The position numbers were made by a program, and so were the translations under genes. Positions 27,583-40,100 of a stretch of 64,000 nucleotides of DNA are shown here, piece by piece. Position 1 is the stretch's first letter. Each line of letters begins with the position of its first letter. This DNA comes from Owenia fusiformis (taxonomy: Eukaryota): contig CAIIXF020000001.1 of NCBI GenBank assembly GCA_903813345.2, positions 24,118,001 to 24,182,000 of the forward strand. Direction: 5' to 3'. Under the pieces are notes generated by a model. That model was not told the DNA's origin. It did no database searches and saw only the letters and a list, made by a program, of their open reading frames with translations.

Positions 27583-28503
27583 CTGTAACAAGCACAAAAT
27601 GCATGGATAAATAAAAGTGTTTGCCAAAAGTGCAATACAAAGCATTAACATGCAAAATGTCACTACATGCAATTTGTTACAAATGCCAAAAACACTGAAA
27701 ACCAACTCGAGTCACAGGAATTGCAGAAAGACATCAAACACAGTTTGAGTTGCTTTGGAGACCATAGGCAAACATGCTCGTATACATGGATAAAACACTT
27801 TAAAAGTTCTGAATTTACTTTGGAACAAAATATTTGGTTTCAAAGCAAATTCAAAACTTTTAAAGTGGGTAACTGGGTACTTCTAGATCAACATTTAACT
27901 TCCCAGTTTTATATTTTAAATATAAATGAAGTAATAAGCAGTTTTCACAAAATGACTTCTTGGATAGGCACATAGAAATCGGGTAAGTTTGATTGCAAAT
28001 CTAACTGATGGAAATCCTGATTAATTGGCATAAAAGCACTAAAGTAATCAAAGAATTCAGTCAATGTTTCACTGCGTAATGAAACAACTCAATGCAGTCA
28101 TACATCACACATCTCCTAGGCAATGGAAGAGTCAACAGATAATTATCAAGGCATAGTTTTTGCTTTAAATGCTTTCACTGTAATGTCCTGCTCTATCTTC
28201 TCAGGGCATAACATGGATGATATGAGATGAATTCAACAACTCTGGGAGGCAACAACTAAGGCATGATTACTTAAATGTTTCTGATATATATTATTTAGGA
28301 TCCCTCTTTTATTCTAGTTGTAGACATACACAAAATGACCATCATTCACTAGCAATGAAAGTACTTAGATTTTTGATTTTTTGACAGGTGAGATGCCATC
28401 TGCACCATAACTGTTGCCTTCTATTTAATATTAGAACAATATATAGAATCACAGTATGTAAAATTTGAGCTAATGCATAAACAGGATTGGCAAGATTACT
28501 TAC

Positions 28504-28579
28504 AGGTCCACTTTGGTCTTCAAGACACTTGCATATGGAAGGAACAATCTTGGACAATGTGAGAGATTTGGCACCATAA
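28504..28579 (-). CDS. CLASP1: CLASP exon (TOG1): YGAKSLTLSKIVPSICKCLEDQSGP, 76 nt, phase 2-0
   Basis: ttttcag / gtaagt boundaries; matches CLASP1 GAQTLTLSKIVPHICNLLGDPNSQ. Confidence 0.95.
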
Positions 28580-29125
28580 CTGAAAAAAACAAATACGCTT
28601 CTTTTTTCATTCAATGGGATGACCATATATACAAGCTGGATTTAGTATGATATTTTCTCACAAACATTCACATTTAAGAATTAAATGAAAACATGAGTTT
28701 AAGCACAGCAGATCATCTTCACATTTATAATCGGCACTTAAATTATTGTAACACATTTTGAGGTACATCTTTTTATTGGACTTTTTAAAAGAATGTTTCA
28801 ATGTTAATTGAAAATCTGCTGTATAGGAACTTTGACACATACTCCAAAATGTCAACTATTTAATTCATTGGTAAACATTTTATAATTATTAGGGCAGAGC
28901 ATTTAATTTCTACATTTAGCAATATTCTGTTTTGTGATTCTAAGACTACAAAAGCTAGATATCGTATCATATCCAGCTGTGTAAAGTAACAAAATCAAAT
29001 GTTTCATTTTCAATTAATGTCCCCTTGACTTTACAATGTTGTTTAATATTTGGATAAGATCTTTAAATATTTTATGTATCTTCTCTAGCCTTAAGTGCTA
29101 TCTTACATGTTTATATCGGACTTAC

Positions 29126-29217
29126 TGATTTATAGTACTGGCTAAGCATAACAGCACTTGTTCTCGCACTCTCCATAACTTGTGCTTGAAACCTGTCATG
29201 ATACGGTCGAACACATA
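29126..29217 (-). CDS. CLASP1: CLASP exon (TOG1): YVFDRIMTGFKHKLWRVREQVLLCLASTIN, 92 nt, phase 0-2
   Basis: gattgtag / gtaagt boundaries; matches CLASP1 YVWDRMLGGFKHKNFRTREGICLCL. Translated by hand because it is absent from the ORF track. Confidence 0.95.
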
Positions 29218-29769
29218 CTACAATCAAAAGAAAGTAACATTGGAAAATAAATTTAAAAAAATTACATTAGTACGTGGCAGACATATTTGTTTTCAATTTG
29301 CTTCAATTAGAAATATCCTTTCCTCAGCACAGCACATTTTGGTGTTTGACATCAGATCAAGATATTATCAAAATAGCAAGCCATAATCAAAAGTGGGAGC
29401 TGCATCACAGCAGCTTGATCTGTTCTTGCTAAAGACATGGAATGAAATGCCATGAGTACAATGGAAATTTAAACCCAGTTCTTCACACTTAATATGACAT
29501 CATTGGTATATTTCACATTTCATTGTTGAAATAGACATAGAAACAATTATAAAAGCAGATTGAGAATTAGCCAATATGACGATCTCAGTGAGGATTTCAG
29601 CAAACTTCCCTCTGGTTAAAAATCCTTTCAAAATCATGAAGTTTATCACAATTCTGAGCACTTTCCAAGTGGTTTTGGGCCAAAGTTGTCAAATGTGAAC
29701 TTCCCCGGAAGTTTTAGTAAGTGATCCCTCTTGGGAAAAGCTGGATATGGGCCTCTGCGATTGACCTAC

Positions 29770-29873
29770 CTGGGCGGATGAAGCTGGCACCATAAGTTTA
29801 AGCAGGAGATCCTGTGCTCCCTCTCTTACATCATCCTTGTTGTCTCCTAATCGGTTCATCACTGCAGGAAGAA
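29770..29873 (-). CDS. CLASP1: CLASP exon (TOG1): (I)LPAVMNRLGDNKDDVREGAQDLLLKLMVPASSAQ, 104 nt, phase 1-0
   Basis: gtttcag / gtaggt boundaries; the RLGD.K..VRE HEAT-repeat motif matches CLASP1 VLPSLIDRLGDAKDSVREQDQTLLLKIM. Confidence 0.95.
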
Positions 29874-30713
29874 CTGAAACATACAAATATCACAATTAGA
29901 ATGTATGGTAAATATTTTCATACTTTGTATATACAGTACTGCAAAATATGCAAAAACATGTATAATTATGTTTTATCAATGTTTCTCATTACACGTATAA
30001 CAACGATTTTTAGCAGTAGATACATATGATAAACAATGTTTTATATTCTCAGTCAGCTTTAGATTGCTAATTGCCAAAGGAAAGATGTGATGAGTGGCCT
30101 CAGTGGGATGACCGATCAATCCACTCAATTGTAGTCTAGTTAAATGTCTTTATCTAAAAAGACAGACATTACACCACACAAAATGTCTCTCTTCAGTTCA
30201 TATTTACAATGAAATCAGTCTGGAACACTAAATGAACATTGCAAGAATTGTGAGATATGATACTATTCTGCAAGACAGCAATAAATACATTATTCATGGA
30301 AGTATGATTTACTCTTGCCGATACATAGTTTACTTGAACAATTATGGCCTGCTCTGTTAACCAAAATTTTACTTGAAAATAATTTTTATAGTTAATGTTA
30401 AGACACTTATTACAGTTATTGACAAGGTATAGTAGGATGTATCAAATTGAAGACTTATATTTTATAAGGAAATGTTCATTATCTCATTTAACAGTTTTTA
30501 AATATAAATATCACATCTGCCACATTTATGAACTTGATGAACACATAACAACCTGACTGGTGATATCAGAAACTACATGATACTGTTGATACCTGTATTC
30601 ATAATTTACAAGTTTGATATTTATCCCAACCCCTTATCTCAGAAATCAAAGATGGACAGTGCTAGCATATTTCATATTCATCGTTCAAGGTATATACAGT
30701 ACATGTACATATA

Positions 30714-30837
30714 CCATATTCCCTCTAATAGACGCACATACTGTAATAAACACACCCCCTAATTTCCATGGGACTCTGACAACTGGAGTAACAAAAATCA
30801 AGAAAAAGTGAATTTTATTTTATTAGAGGGAATATGG
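30714..30837. mobile_element. 124-bp MITE, Tc1/mariner-pogo type
   Basis: Perfect 17-bp TIR CCATATTCCCTCTAATA / TATTAGAGGGAATATGG, flanked by TA on both sides. Confidence 0.8.
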
Positions 30838-32635
30838 TATGCATGCATGTACATATGATGGCCTGTCATTTATGTATAGAATTTTGTAAATAAATGGTGT
30901 AAAAAACCTATATCTTAAACCGTAAATAGGAACTGTTTAGCATGCTATAGAGTGGTTAATTTGAAAGATGCACAGAAGTGTATCAATGTTATTATCGCTC
31001 TCACATCTCAGGAAAATCTATATGCAAATGCAGTAGAATACTCATATATATCAGAGTAGAAATTACTACTTGCAAGATAATACTACATTATGCAAATCAG
31101 AAATCATTTTCATCATCAACCTCCAAAGTGAATTACTTCATTTTGTTCTACTCAAACACTACAGCTTCTCTCCAGACTTGGATTAAAAATATCATTTTAT
31201 TTGCATATTCTGGTGAAAATGTGTAAAACAAGTCAATGTATCAAGTGCAAATGGATTTCCAACATGGTATAATTCAATGTAAGGCTATCCTTTTTTAATA
31301 GAATTATAGGTGGTATTATCGGTAATTCCGCATAGGCAAGGTTATCGGTGGATGCCAGCAATGAAATTAATGAACGAAAAAGAAATAATAATTATAAAAA
31401 TTAAAAAGTTCATATTTTTTTAGAACATTTTTCAATGCCAGCGATTAACTATTAATGATACGGCATCAAGATGTGGTAATACCGGCACCATTTTCCAATG
31501 CAGCTCCAAGGCCTAAGTAATTTCATTTTACTTGTTTATATGTTCATCTTGATAGTAATTCCTACTAGGTTCTAGGTCATAGGGAAATGCTACAGAGATC
31601 AATGCACCAATTCACAATAGTACATCAGGGACAGTTAAAGCACCTAATTCAATGTAAGGCAACCCTTTTCAATAATTGCATTTTATTGAGAAAATCTTCA
31701 TAGTAATTCCTACTTGAAGATCAGGTTCTAGGTCATAGGGAAACACTACAGAGATCAATGCACCAATACACAATAGTATATCAGGGACAGTTGATAGTGT
31801 GTTGTAAGTAGATATAATATACTCATAAATAGAGCACAACATTGAACTATGACTCAGAGAGACTTTATCTATCTCTGATTTCATTCTGCTATCTATGGTA
31901 TTATATCTACTGATAGATGTGCATGGTTCAATATAGCCTCAAATACACAGAGGTTGCAATTCCCATGCTTTGAGTCGCAACCTAAAAAATAAATCATTGA
32001 GAGAAAATGATTGTAAATTGCATATTAAAGTCACTAAGCATGGTTTATGGAATGGAAAAATTGATTGATTCAGACAATAATAGTAAAAAATGTATTTCAG
32101 CAGCAACAAATCTATAAAACAGAGTGCATGCTGTTCAATTGTTCAATAAAAAAGTCCTTATATATTTGATATCACTGCGCTAATATTGCAGTACACTGAG
32201 ATGCAGTGATGTGTAAAGTCTGCTAAAAGAGTAACATTAATTTGTTTGATGTTTCGAAAAGCACTGTAATGCAATGGTAAAGCGGCCATATCAACATATC
32301 CAATACCTCCCAATGGAGACACAATATTCAGATTGAGTGTACTAGTGCATTTGCATACTGTGTTTGCTATTCAACATGCATCCATGTGCGTATATATTGC
32401 ATTAAGGAATATCCCAGATGCGAGTAGAAATAATCTTGATTTACGTCATTAAAATTCACAATTCAGTCAAACTGATGTCATATTTGGAATCTACATGTAA
32501 AATTACATTTATAAATGTGGTTTTGAAAAGAGTTTATCAACTTTGAAAATTAAATTTTCTTTGAAAATGTGACTTCTAGGTCGGGGAGATTCCCCATAGA
32601 GCCCATGTTGTAAAACCACAAAAAGTAAAATATAT

Positions 32636-35600
32636 TGTCGGACCTGGCCAAAATCTGGTAGTGTGGTTGTGGTCGGGTCACGAACAATTTATTTAATATG
32701 GGATTCTCACTGGTTTTATGTGGGCGCAGACCTGGTTTGGTGGTACTGCTTTCACTGAAAGGGGAGGTGGTTACACATTTATATACAAAATTCAAATATA
32801 TAGGTTTTTTATAATTTATTAACACTTTAATTTTGAAAACAAATAAAACACAAATGTCCATGTAATAAATATCTCTGAGTTGTCTTGTTGCTCTTCTCTT
32901 GTTTGCACTCTGCTCTACTTTTACTCTTCTTCACTCTGCTCAGGGGTTACTCTGCTTTACTCTTCTGTTCTCTGACGTCATTTACTCTGCTTTAGTTTCA
33001 CTCTGTTCTGCTCTGGTTACTCTTTATTCCGCTCTGCTCTACTTTACTCTATTCTGCTCTGGTTACTCTTTATTCCGCTCTGCTCTACTTTACTCTGGTC
33101 TGCTCTGGTTATTCTTTATTCCGCTCTGCTCTGCTTTCTCTCTATTCTGTTCTGGTTACTCTTTACTCCTCTCTGCTCTGATTTACTCTGTTCTGCTCAG
33201 GTTACTCTTTACTCCTTTCTGTTCTGTTCTGCTTACTCTTTACTCTGCACTGCTCTGCTTACTCTTTATTCTGTTCTGCTTACTCTTTACTCTGCACTGC
33301 TCTGCTTACTCTTTCCCCTGTTCTGCTCTGCTTACTCTTTATTCTACTCTGCTTACTCTTTACTCCTATCTTCTCTGCTCTGGTTACTCTCTACTCCTAT
33401 CTGCTCTGTTCTGCTTTAATCTGTTCTGCTCTGCTTTACTCTTTACTCTACCCTCGTCTCTGCTATTCACTCTGCTTTACTCTTTTCTGCTCCGCTTACT
33501 CTTTACTCTGCACTCCTCTGCTTTACTCTTTACTCTACCCTCGTCTCTGCTATTCACTCTGCTTTACTCTTTTCTGCTCTGGTTACTCTTTATTCCGCTC
33601 TGTTCTGCTTTAAATCTGTTCTGCTCTGCTTACTCTTTACTCTGCACTGCTCTGCTTACTCTTTCCCCTGTTCTGCTCTGCTTACTCTTTATTCTACTCT
33701 GCTTACTCTTTACTCCTATCTTCTCTGCTCTGGTTACTCTCTACTCCTATCTGCTCTGTTCTGCTTTAATCTGTTCTGCTCTGCTTACTCTTTACTCTGC
33801 ACTGCTCTGCTTTACTCTTTACTCTACCCTCGTCTCTGCTATTCACTCTGCTTTACTCTTTTCTGCTCTGCTTACTCTTTACTCTGCACTGCTCTGCTTT
33901 ACTCTTTACTCTACCCTCGTCTCTGCTATTCACTCTGCTTTACTCTTTTCTGCTCTGGTTACTCTTTATTCCGCTCTGTTCTGCTTTAAATCTGTTCTGC
34001 TCTGCTTACTCTTTACTCTGCACTGCTCTGCTTACTCTTTCCCCTGTTCTGCTCTGCTTACTCTTTATTCTACTCTGCTTACTCTTTACTCCTATCTTCT
34101 CTGCTCTGGTTACTCTCTACTCCTATCTGCTCTGTTCTGCTTTAATCTGTTCTGTTCTGCTTTACTCAGGGTTACTCTTCTTCAACCTGGGTTACTCGTC
34201 TTTACTCTTCGCCGCTCTGCTCTACTCAGGGTTACTCTTCTTCAGCCTGGGTTACTCTTCTTTACTCTTCGCCGCTCTGCTCTACTCAGGGTTACTCTTC
34301 TTCAGCCTGGGTTACTCGTCTTTACTCTTCGCCGCTCTGCTCTACTCAGGGTTACTCTTCTTCAGCCTGGGTTACTCTGCTTTACTCTTCGCCGTTCTGC
34401 TCTACTCAGGGTTACTCTTCTTCAGCCTGGGTTACTCTGCTTTACTCTTCGCCGCTCTGCTCTACTCAGGGTTACTCTTCTTCAGCCTGGGTTACTCTGC
34501 TTTACTCTTCGCCGCTCTGCTCTACTCAGGGTTACTCTTCTTCAGCCTGGGTTACTCTGCTTTACTCTTCGCCGCTCTGCTCTACTCAGGTTTACTCTTC
34601 TTCAGCCTGGGTTACTCGTCTTTACTCTTCGCCGCTCTGCTCTACTCAGGGTTACTCTTCTTCAGCCTGGGTTACTCGTCTTTACTCTTCGCCGCTCTGC
34701 TCTACTCAGGGTTACTCTTTACTCTGCACTGCTCTGCTTTCTCTCTATTCTGTTCTGCTTACTCTTTACTCTGCACTGCTCTGCTTACTCTTTATTCTGT
34801 TCTGCTTTACTCAGGGTTACTCTTCTTCAACCTGGGTTACTCTGCTTTACTCTTCGCCGTTCTGCTCTACTCAGGGTTACTCTTCTTCAGCCTGGGTTAC
34901 TCTGCTTTACTCTTCGCCGCTCTGCTCTACTCAGGGTTACTCTTCTTCAGCCTGGGTTACTCTGCTTTACTCTTCGCCGCTCTGCTCTACTCAGGGTTAC
35001 TCTTCTTCAGCCTGGGTTGTTCAAAACAAGACTAGTAGTTCGGGAATATCAATCAAATTATGAGATTAGACCCCAATTACCAGTCCAAAAGGAAATAACT
35101 CTACTGCTCAACAAAATACTTGCTCCGGATGGAATCAAGAATGTCGATCAAATCCTGAGATTAGATTTGATCCACACACTTCAATGAGGATAAAACTACC
35201 GCTCAAAAATAAGAAAATGCTTGCTTTAAGGAACGAGTAGTTCAAGAATGTCAATCAAATTCTGAGATTAGACTTGAACCACACGTGGACCGGAAGTCAT
35301 CCAAGATGGCGGAATTGCAAAGGATTGTGGGGAGTGTATGATGCAATCACCAAAATCTCAATGTCAAATCGGAAAAAAAACATCAAATTAACCTTTTGAT
35401 TGTATCACAAAAAGGAATTATAGGAATATATCAGCACTTACAAAATCTGGAACATGTTCTTTAGGCGTCTCTAACTGCTAATTCACTCACAGTTCTCCTT
35501 GTTCGCCCACATCACACCATGCCAAATGGTCCTATATCCACGTGTCATGGTATTTTCCGTCACGAAACGATAAATATACTCCAACTAACGCTAATCCACA

Positions 35601-36621
35601 CTTGGTTAATCTCCAGACTTCCTCAGATTTATCAGCATCCACAAACACAATAAACATCCAATAATAGAATCAAATTTTCCATTATATTCCCGATTTAGCT
35701 TTAAAAATGATGCTACACATCCTCACACTTTAACATTTAAAGCAAGACTAACATCAGGTGATCAGATTATCTCCTATCTTAACCCACTAATGAGATGCAT
35801 AAGGAAGCTATCTGATTGGCTACAGCTGGACTAAGCTGGTGTGTTTACTCCATTTGGTGATGCATTGTGGGAAATCACTATGACAATGTCAATCACAGAT
35901 CCTTTAATTGCCGATGACTCATAACCATGTGGCATATTTCTCCTATGGGTTGACCAATTCTAGGACAAGGGTTCCCGCACAAGCAAAGAGTAAGGTTACT
36001 CTTACTCTTACTCCCAGCTTACTCCTTGAGTTTATGGTTACTCCTAAGTTACTCTTTGAGATTTGCACTTACTCTTAGTTTACTCTTTTTATTAGTTTAG
36101 GTTTTTGGGGTTAAACTACCGAAGACCAGGCATAGCACGTAAGCATAATAAGGATGGCACTGTTAGAAGAAAGAGTAAGTTACCCAATCCCCGGAAATAT
36201 GAATTTAAACTATTACAGAAGTAAGGAACGTTATCCCTAATTGTTCCCAGATAATATAAAACATAAATGTATATCAGAAAAATACCCTACTAGGGGGGTC
36301 ATGAAGTTATAACCACAAAGTAATTTGACCTAGATATTCGAAAAAGAAAGTAAACACAACTCGAACGAAAAAAATTCTACTCTGCACGATCATTACATCT
36401 AAATTCAGGCAAGTTTCTCTTAGATTATCACATAATATTACTCTTGATACTTATATGAATGAAGGGAATATAAAAATAAATGGAAACCTACCAGGAGATC
36501 GCAGGAAAGGAGCCTTTTTTTTAAATTTTGAAATGACAATTCTCGTGTATTTGAAATTTAAGAACTAGCGCCCTCTAGCGTAGATTAAATTTTGAAAGGT
36601 GGGAAATTCAAATTTCCCACA
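32636..36621 (-). repeat. 3' LTR (3986 bp)
   Basis: Preceded by the PPT on the minus strand. Only 4 substitutions seen by eye against the 5' LTR. Confidence 0.97.
32890..35017. repeat. ~2.1-kb tandem/low-complexity array in the 3' LTR (nested CTCTG/TTACTC units, then 60-bp repeats from ~34160)
   Basis: The 60-bp unit tttactcttcgccgctctgctctactcagggttactcttcttcagcctgggttactctgc is visible line by line at 34201-34718 and 34807-35017. Confidence 0.95.
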
Positions 36622-36639
36622 CACCCCCCATCTTTACTC
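36622..36639 (-). promoter_or_regulatory. Polypurine tract
   Basis: Minus strand GAGTAAAGATGGGGGGTG lies immediately before the TG start of the 3' LTR. Confidence 0.85.
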
Positions 36640-37111
36640 AATGCGCCCTCGCATTGCTCCTATAATCTTAACCATGAGCAACAACCATTGGAGTAAAAAA
36701 ACAACTTATGAGTAACTTTTAATCAATCATATAACATGCTACATGATAATTTTTATAACATAGTCTCAAACTCAATTACCAAGTCACCATCAATGCACTT
36801 CAACTAAAATAAACTTCAGTAAACACCATCACATTCTAGAGATGCTTCTAAAAAGTCTAACTATCTCAAAAGTCTCTGATCAATGCCATAAACAATCATT
36901 TCTGTGCATGTCTTTCTGTCTCTCTTTGACATATGAATCACTTTTATAAGATAACAAGTTTACGAATAATGAACATACAACTTAAAGTCAATAAAAAGTA
37001 GAGAAATTTCACTTTAAAGTCTCTATCTCTCTCTCTACATGATATGAACGAGCTATATTAAGTAACAAGTTAAAAGTTAACATAACATCTTAAAATCTGT
37101 GAGAGACCAAC

Positions 37112-40100
37112 TTAGAAATATACTTGATCTACATGTACGTATACGTTAGGTGCGAAGGAAGGTCCATGAGTCTGGGTTCCGATTGTCCTCACTTCTGGTG
37201 ACCTAGCCGTAGCAGACGGTACGCTTGCTTGTGACTTGGTGCTGGTTTCCTTCCCTTTAGGTTCCGACTTGTTTTCCTCTGGAATGTCAAGAGTAATAGG
37301 AGGACTCTCACCCTCGACCTCCCGTTCCTGTCTACCATCTTGATCAGTGTCACTAGAATAATGATCCTCTGCCAATCCATCTTTATGTTCCCGTGTACTG
37401 GCTTTACCATCCCCTGACTCTCCATCTGCCTCCGAGGTAGGTGTTTCATGGTCTTGTTCAACTGGTGAATCATCAACTTCCTCCTCTAAATTCGGGGTAA
37501 GAGGAAAGAATGGCACCTTTGGCTCTTCTCCTAGACTAGTAGTATCTATCCCATGAAGGTGTCGCATGTGTCGCTGGAGGTTAAACTTCCTTGTGAACAC
37601 TTGGGCACATAACGAACACACATGGGAAGTGTCTGTCTCTGGACCAACTTTGGCGGATTCTGCTGTCGGGCAGGAGATGCTGCTAATAAGATTTACAGCG
37701 CTAGTCATTCTTTCCTGGAAGTTGTGAGAGGAGTCTAATCCATCCCGATGATCAGTTCCTGAGGTAGATTTGGTGGAGAATCCTGTTGATCCACTGGTTC
37801 CAGTCTTATGATGACTACTGGAGAGTGTCTGATCAGATCTTTTGACATGGGAATCTGGGGACTTGTGGGTGTCCAGCCTTTTCTTCTTAGAATCCCCCTT
37901 TGAACTTGCCACTGCTTTGATTTCACTTTTAACATAGTTTTTCGTGGCCGCTATCATCTTCCCAAATGGATGTACACCCAACTTTCTCTCCTGTCTTTTG
38001 GGACTACGGTCCCGGTTGGGAGGCTTCTCTCTCTCCTGTCTTTTGGGACTACGGTCCCGGCTGGGAGGCTTCTCTATCACAACGCGCCTCCTTGTAGGCT
38101 CATCTTTTCTAGATACATGTTCACTCTTCTTCTCTTCAGCATGCTTGTGATGAGCTTTTCTGTCTCTGGACTGCTCTCTTCGTCTTCTAGATCGGGATCT
38201 TGACCGTGCCATCTCATCAACTGCAAACAGAACGAAATCATTATATCTACTGGGTTGTTTCTTTTGTCTTTTAGGAAGAACACCCCCCTTTGATTCATTT
38301 TGCAATGGCTCAATTTTAGGACAACGTTCCCTTTTCCCTCCCGCTTTTTCTGTTTTAACCAATTTTCTGACTGGGACCTTTTTTAAACAGGGGGGAGCCT
38401 GGTCTTGGAGTTTATCCCGGAAACCATCTTTCAATTCTTCTCCGTGTTTTATAGGTTTTTCCTCATTCAGCCATGTAGGATCACTGCATTTCTCTTCAGG
38501 TTCCTCTTTCAAATGATCGTTGGGTCCTTCTGGGGCTTCCATTGGTGGTGGACTCTCCAACTCTTCCTGATTTGGTAATTCATCTTTTGCATCAAAGTTA
38601 GTGTCCTTATCTGGTTTGTGTTCTTCCCCACACCTTTTATCATCTTCTGGCATGGTTAAGTCTCTCAAGGGATCAGAAGAGAGAACAGGTTTGTCCCTAA
38701 CAATCTCGTCTACTCTCGGCCATTTCTTAGGGAGTGCACAGTGGAATGGTTTGAGTAGGTTGAAGTGGACAATACGTGGTTTACCTGTGCCCTTCTCACG
38801 TATCCTATAGGTCACTGGTGATAATTGGCTGACAACTTGGAAAGGCCCCACCCATCTCGGTTGTAGTTTTGGAGATCTTCCTTTCCTCCTTGTTTTGTTC
38901 ATCAGCCAAACTGCACTTCCCACCGGATAGAGCTCCTCATCCACTTTCCTATTGTAGTCCAATCTTTGCCTCGAAACAGCCAGCTCCAACACATCACGGG
39001 CTTTCTCATGGACCTCCTCCAAGCATCGGCGCAACACCAGAGCATGGTCTGTTGCTAGTTCGCTTGTCTCTGGAACTGCTATCATCCTTTCGAGCGAGGC
39101 TTTCATTTCTCGACCCATCATCATCATGCTAGGTGTCTCCCCTGTCGCCTTGTGCACAGATGATCTGTAGGCCATTAAAGCTAAGGGTACCTTGAGGTCC
39201 CAATCATCTTGACAGTAAGTTGGAGCAAGTAACTTAGTGATGTTATCTACAAGGGTATGATTGAACCGTTCCACTAAGCCATTCGACTGGGGGTGGAATG
39301 GTGTCGTCCTGGTCTTGTCTATTCCCATCAGTTGACACACCTCCTGGAATACTTCAGATTCGAAGTTGCGCCCTTGATCACTGTGAAGTTCCTTTGGAAC
39401 CCCCCATCTGCTACATATTTCACCCACCAACTTGTTGGCTACCGTCACAGCAGTTTGATCAGGAAGGGGAAACACCTCCGGCCATTTTGAAAAGTAATCA
39501 GAGCATACAAGCAAAAGCTTGTTACCTCTTGGGGTCTCTGGAAATGGCCCTAAAACGTCAATTCCCCATCTTTCCATCGGTGCTCCCACTCTGAGTTGTT
39601 GCAGAGGAGCCTTTTTTCTCCGAGGTGGATTCTTTCTAGATTCACATATCTCACAGGTCCTACAATATGATCTAACATCAGCAGAGAGGTTAGGCCAATA
39701 GAACGCCCTTCTGCATCTTTCTAGAGTCCTCTTCACCCCATGATGTCCTGCTGTTGGAGAAGAATGACCCAGGTCCAATACCCTTGGTTTTAAAACTCCA
39801 GGAGTAACCACTTGGAGTCGAGTGATGGAGCCATCCTCCTCCTCCCAGACTCTACATAGTACCCCGGATTGCAGTTGCAGTCGGGACCACTGTATCCACA
39901 GCTTTTTAACTGTAGGTGACTTGGAACTGATGTCCTCCCAACTCGGCTTCTCCTTGTTCTCTTCCAGAGAGTTGATGATCTGAGTAAGGTCCCGGTCTTC
40001 TCTTTGGGCTACTCCTATATCCTCCAAAGTCCATTCTTGCTCCAGAGAAACAGTCAAAATATCATCTTCTGATTGCTCTTCAATCTGTTCTTCTACGCAT

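Noticed and set aside
31553-31792. Short diverged local tandem duplication (similar one at ~55105-55290)
   Set aside because: Real but ordinary intronic duplication with no functional signal.
34161-35017. CRISPR-like array
   Set aside because: Units are contiguous near-identical 60-mers without unique spacers; eukaryotic context and no cas genes.
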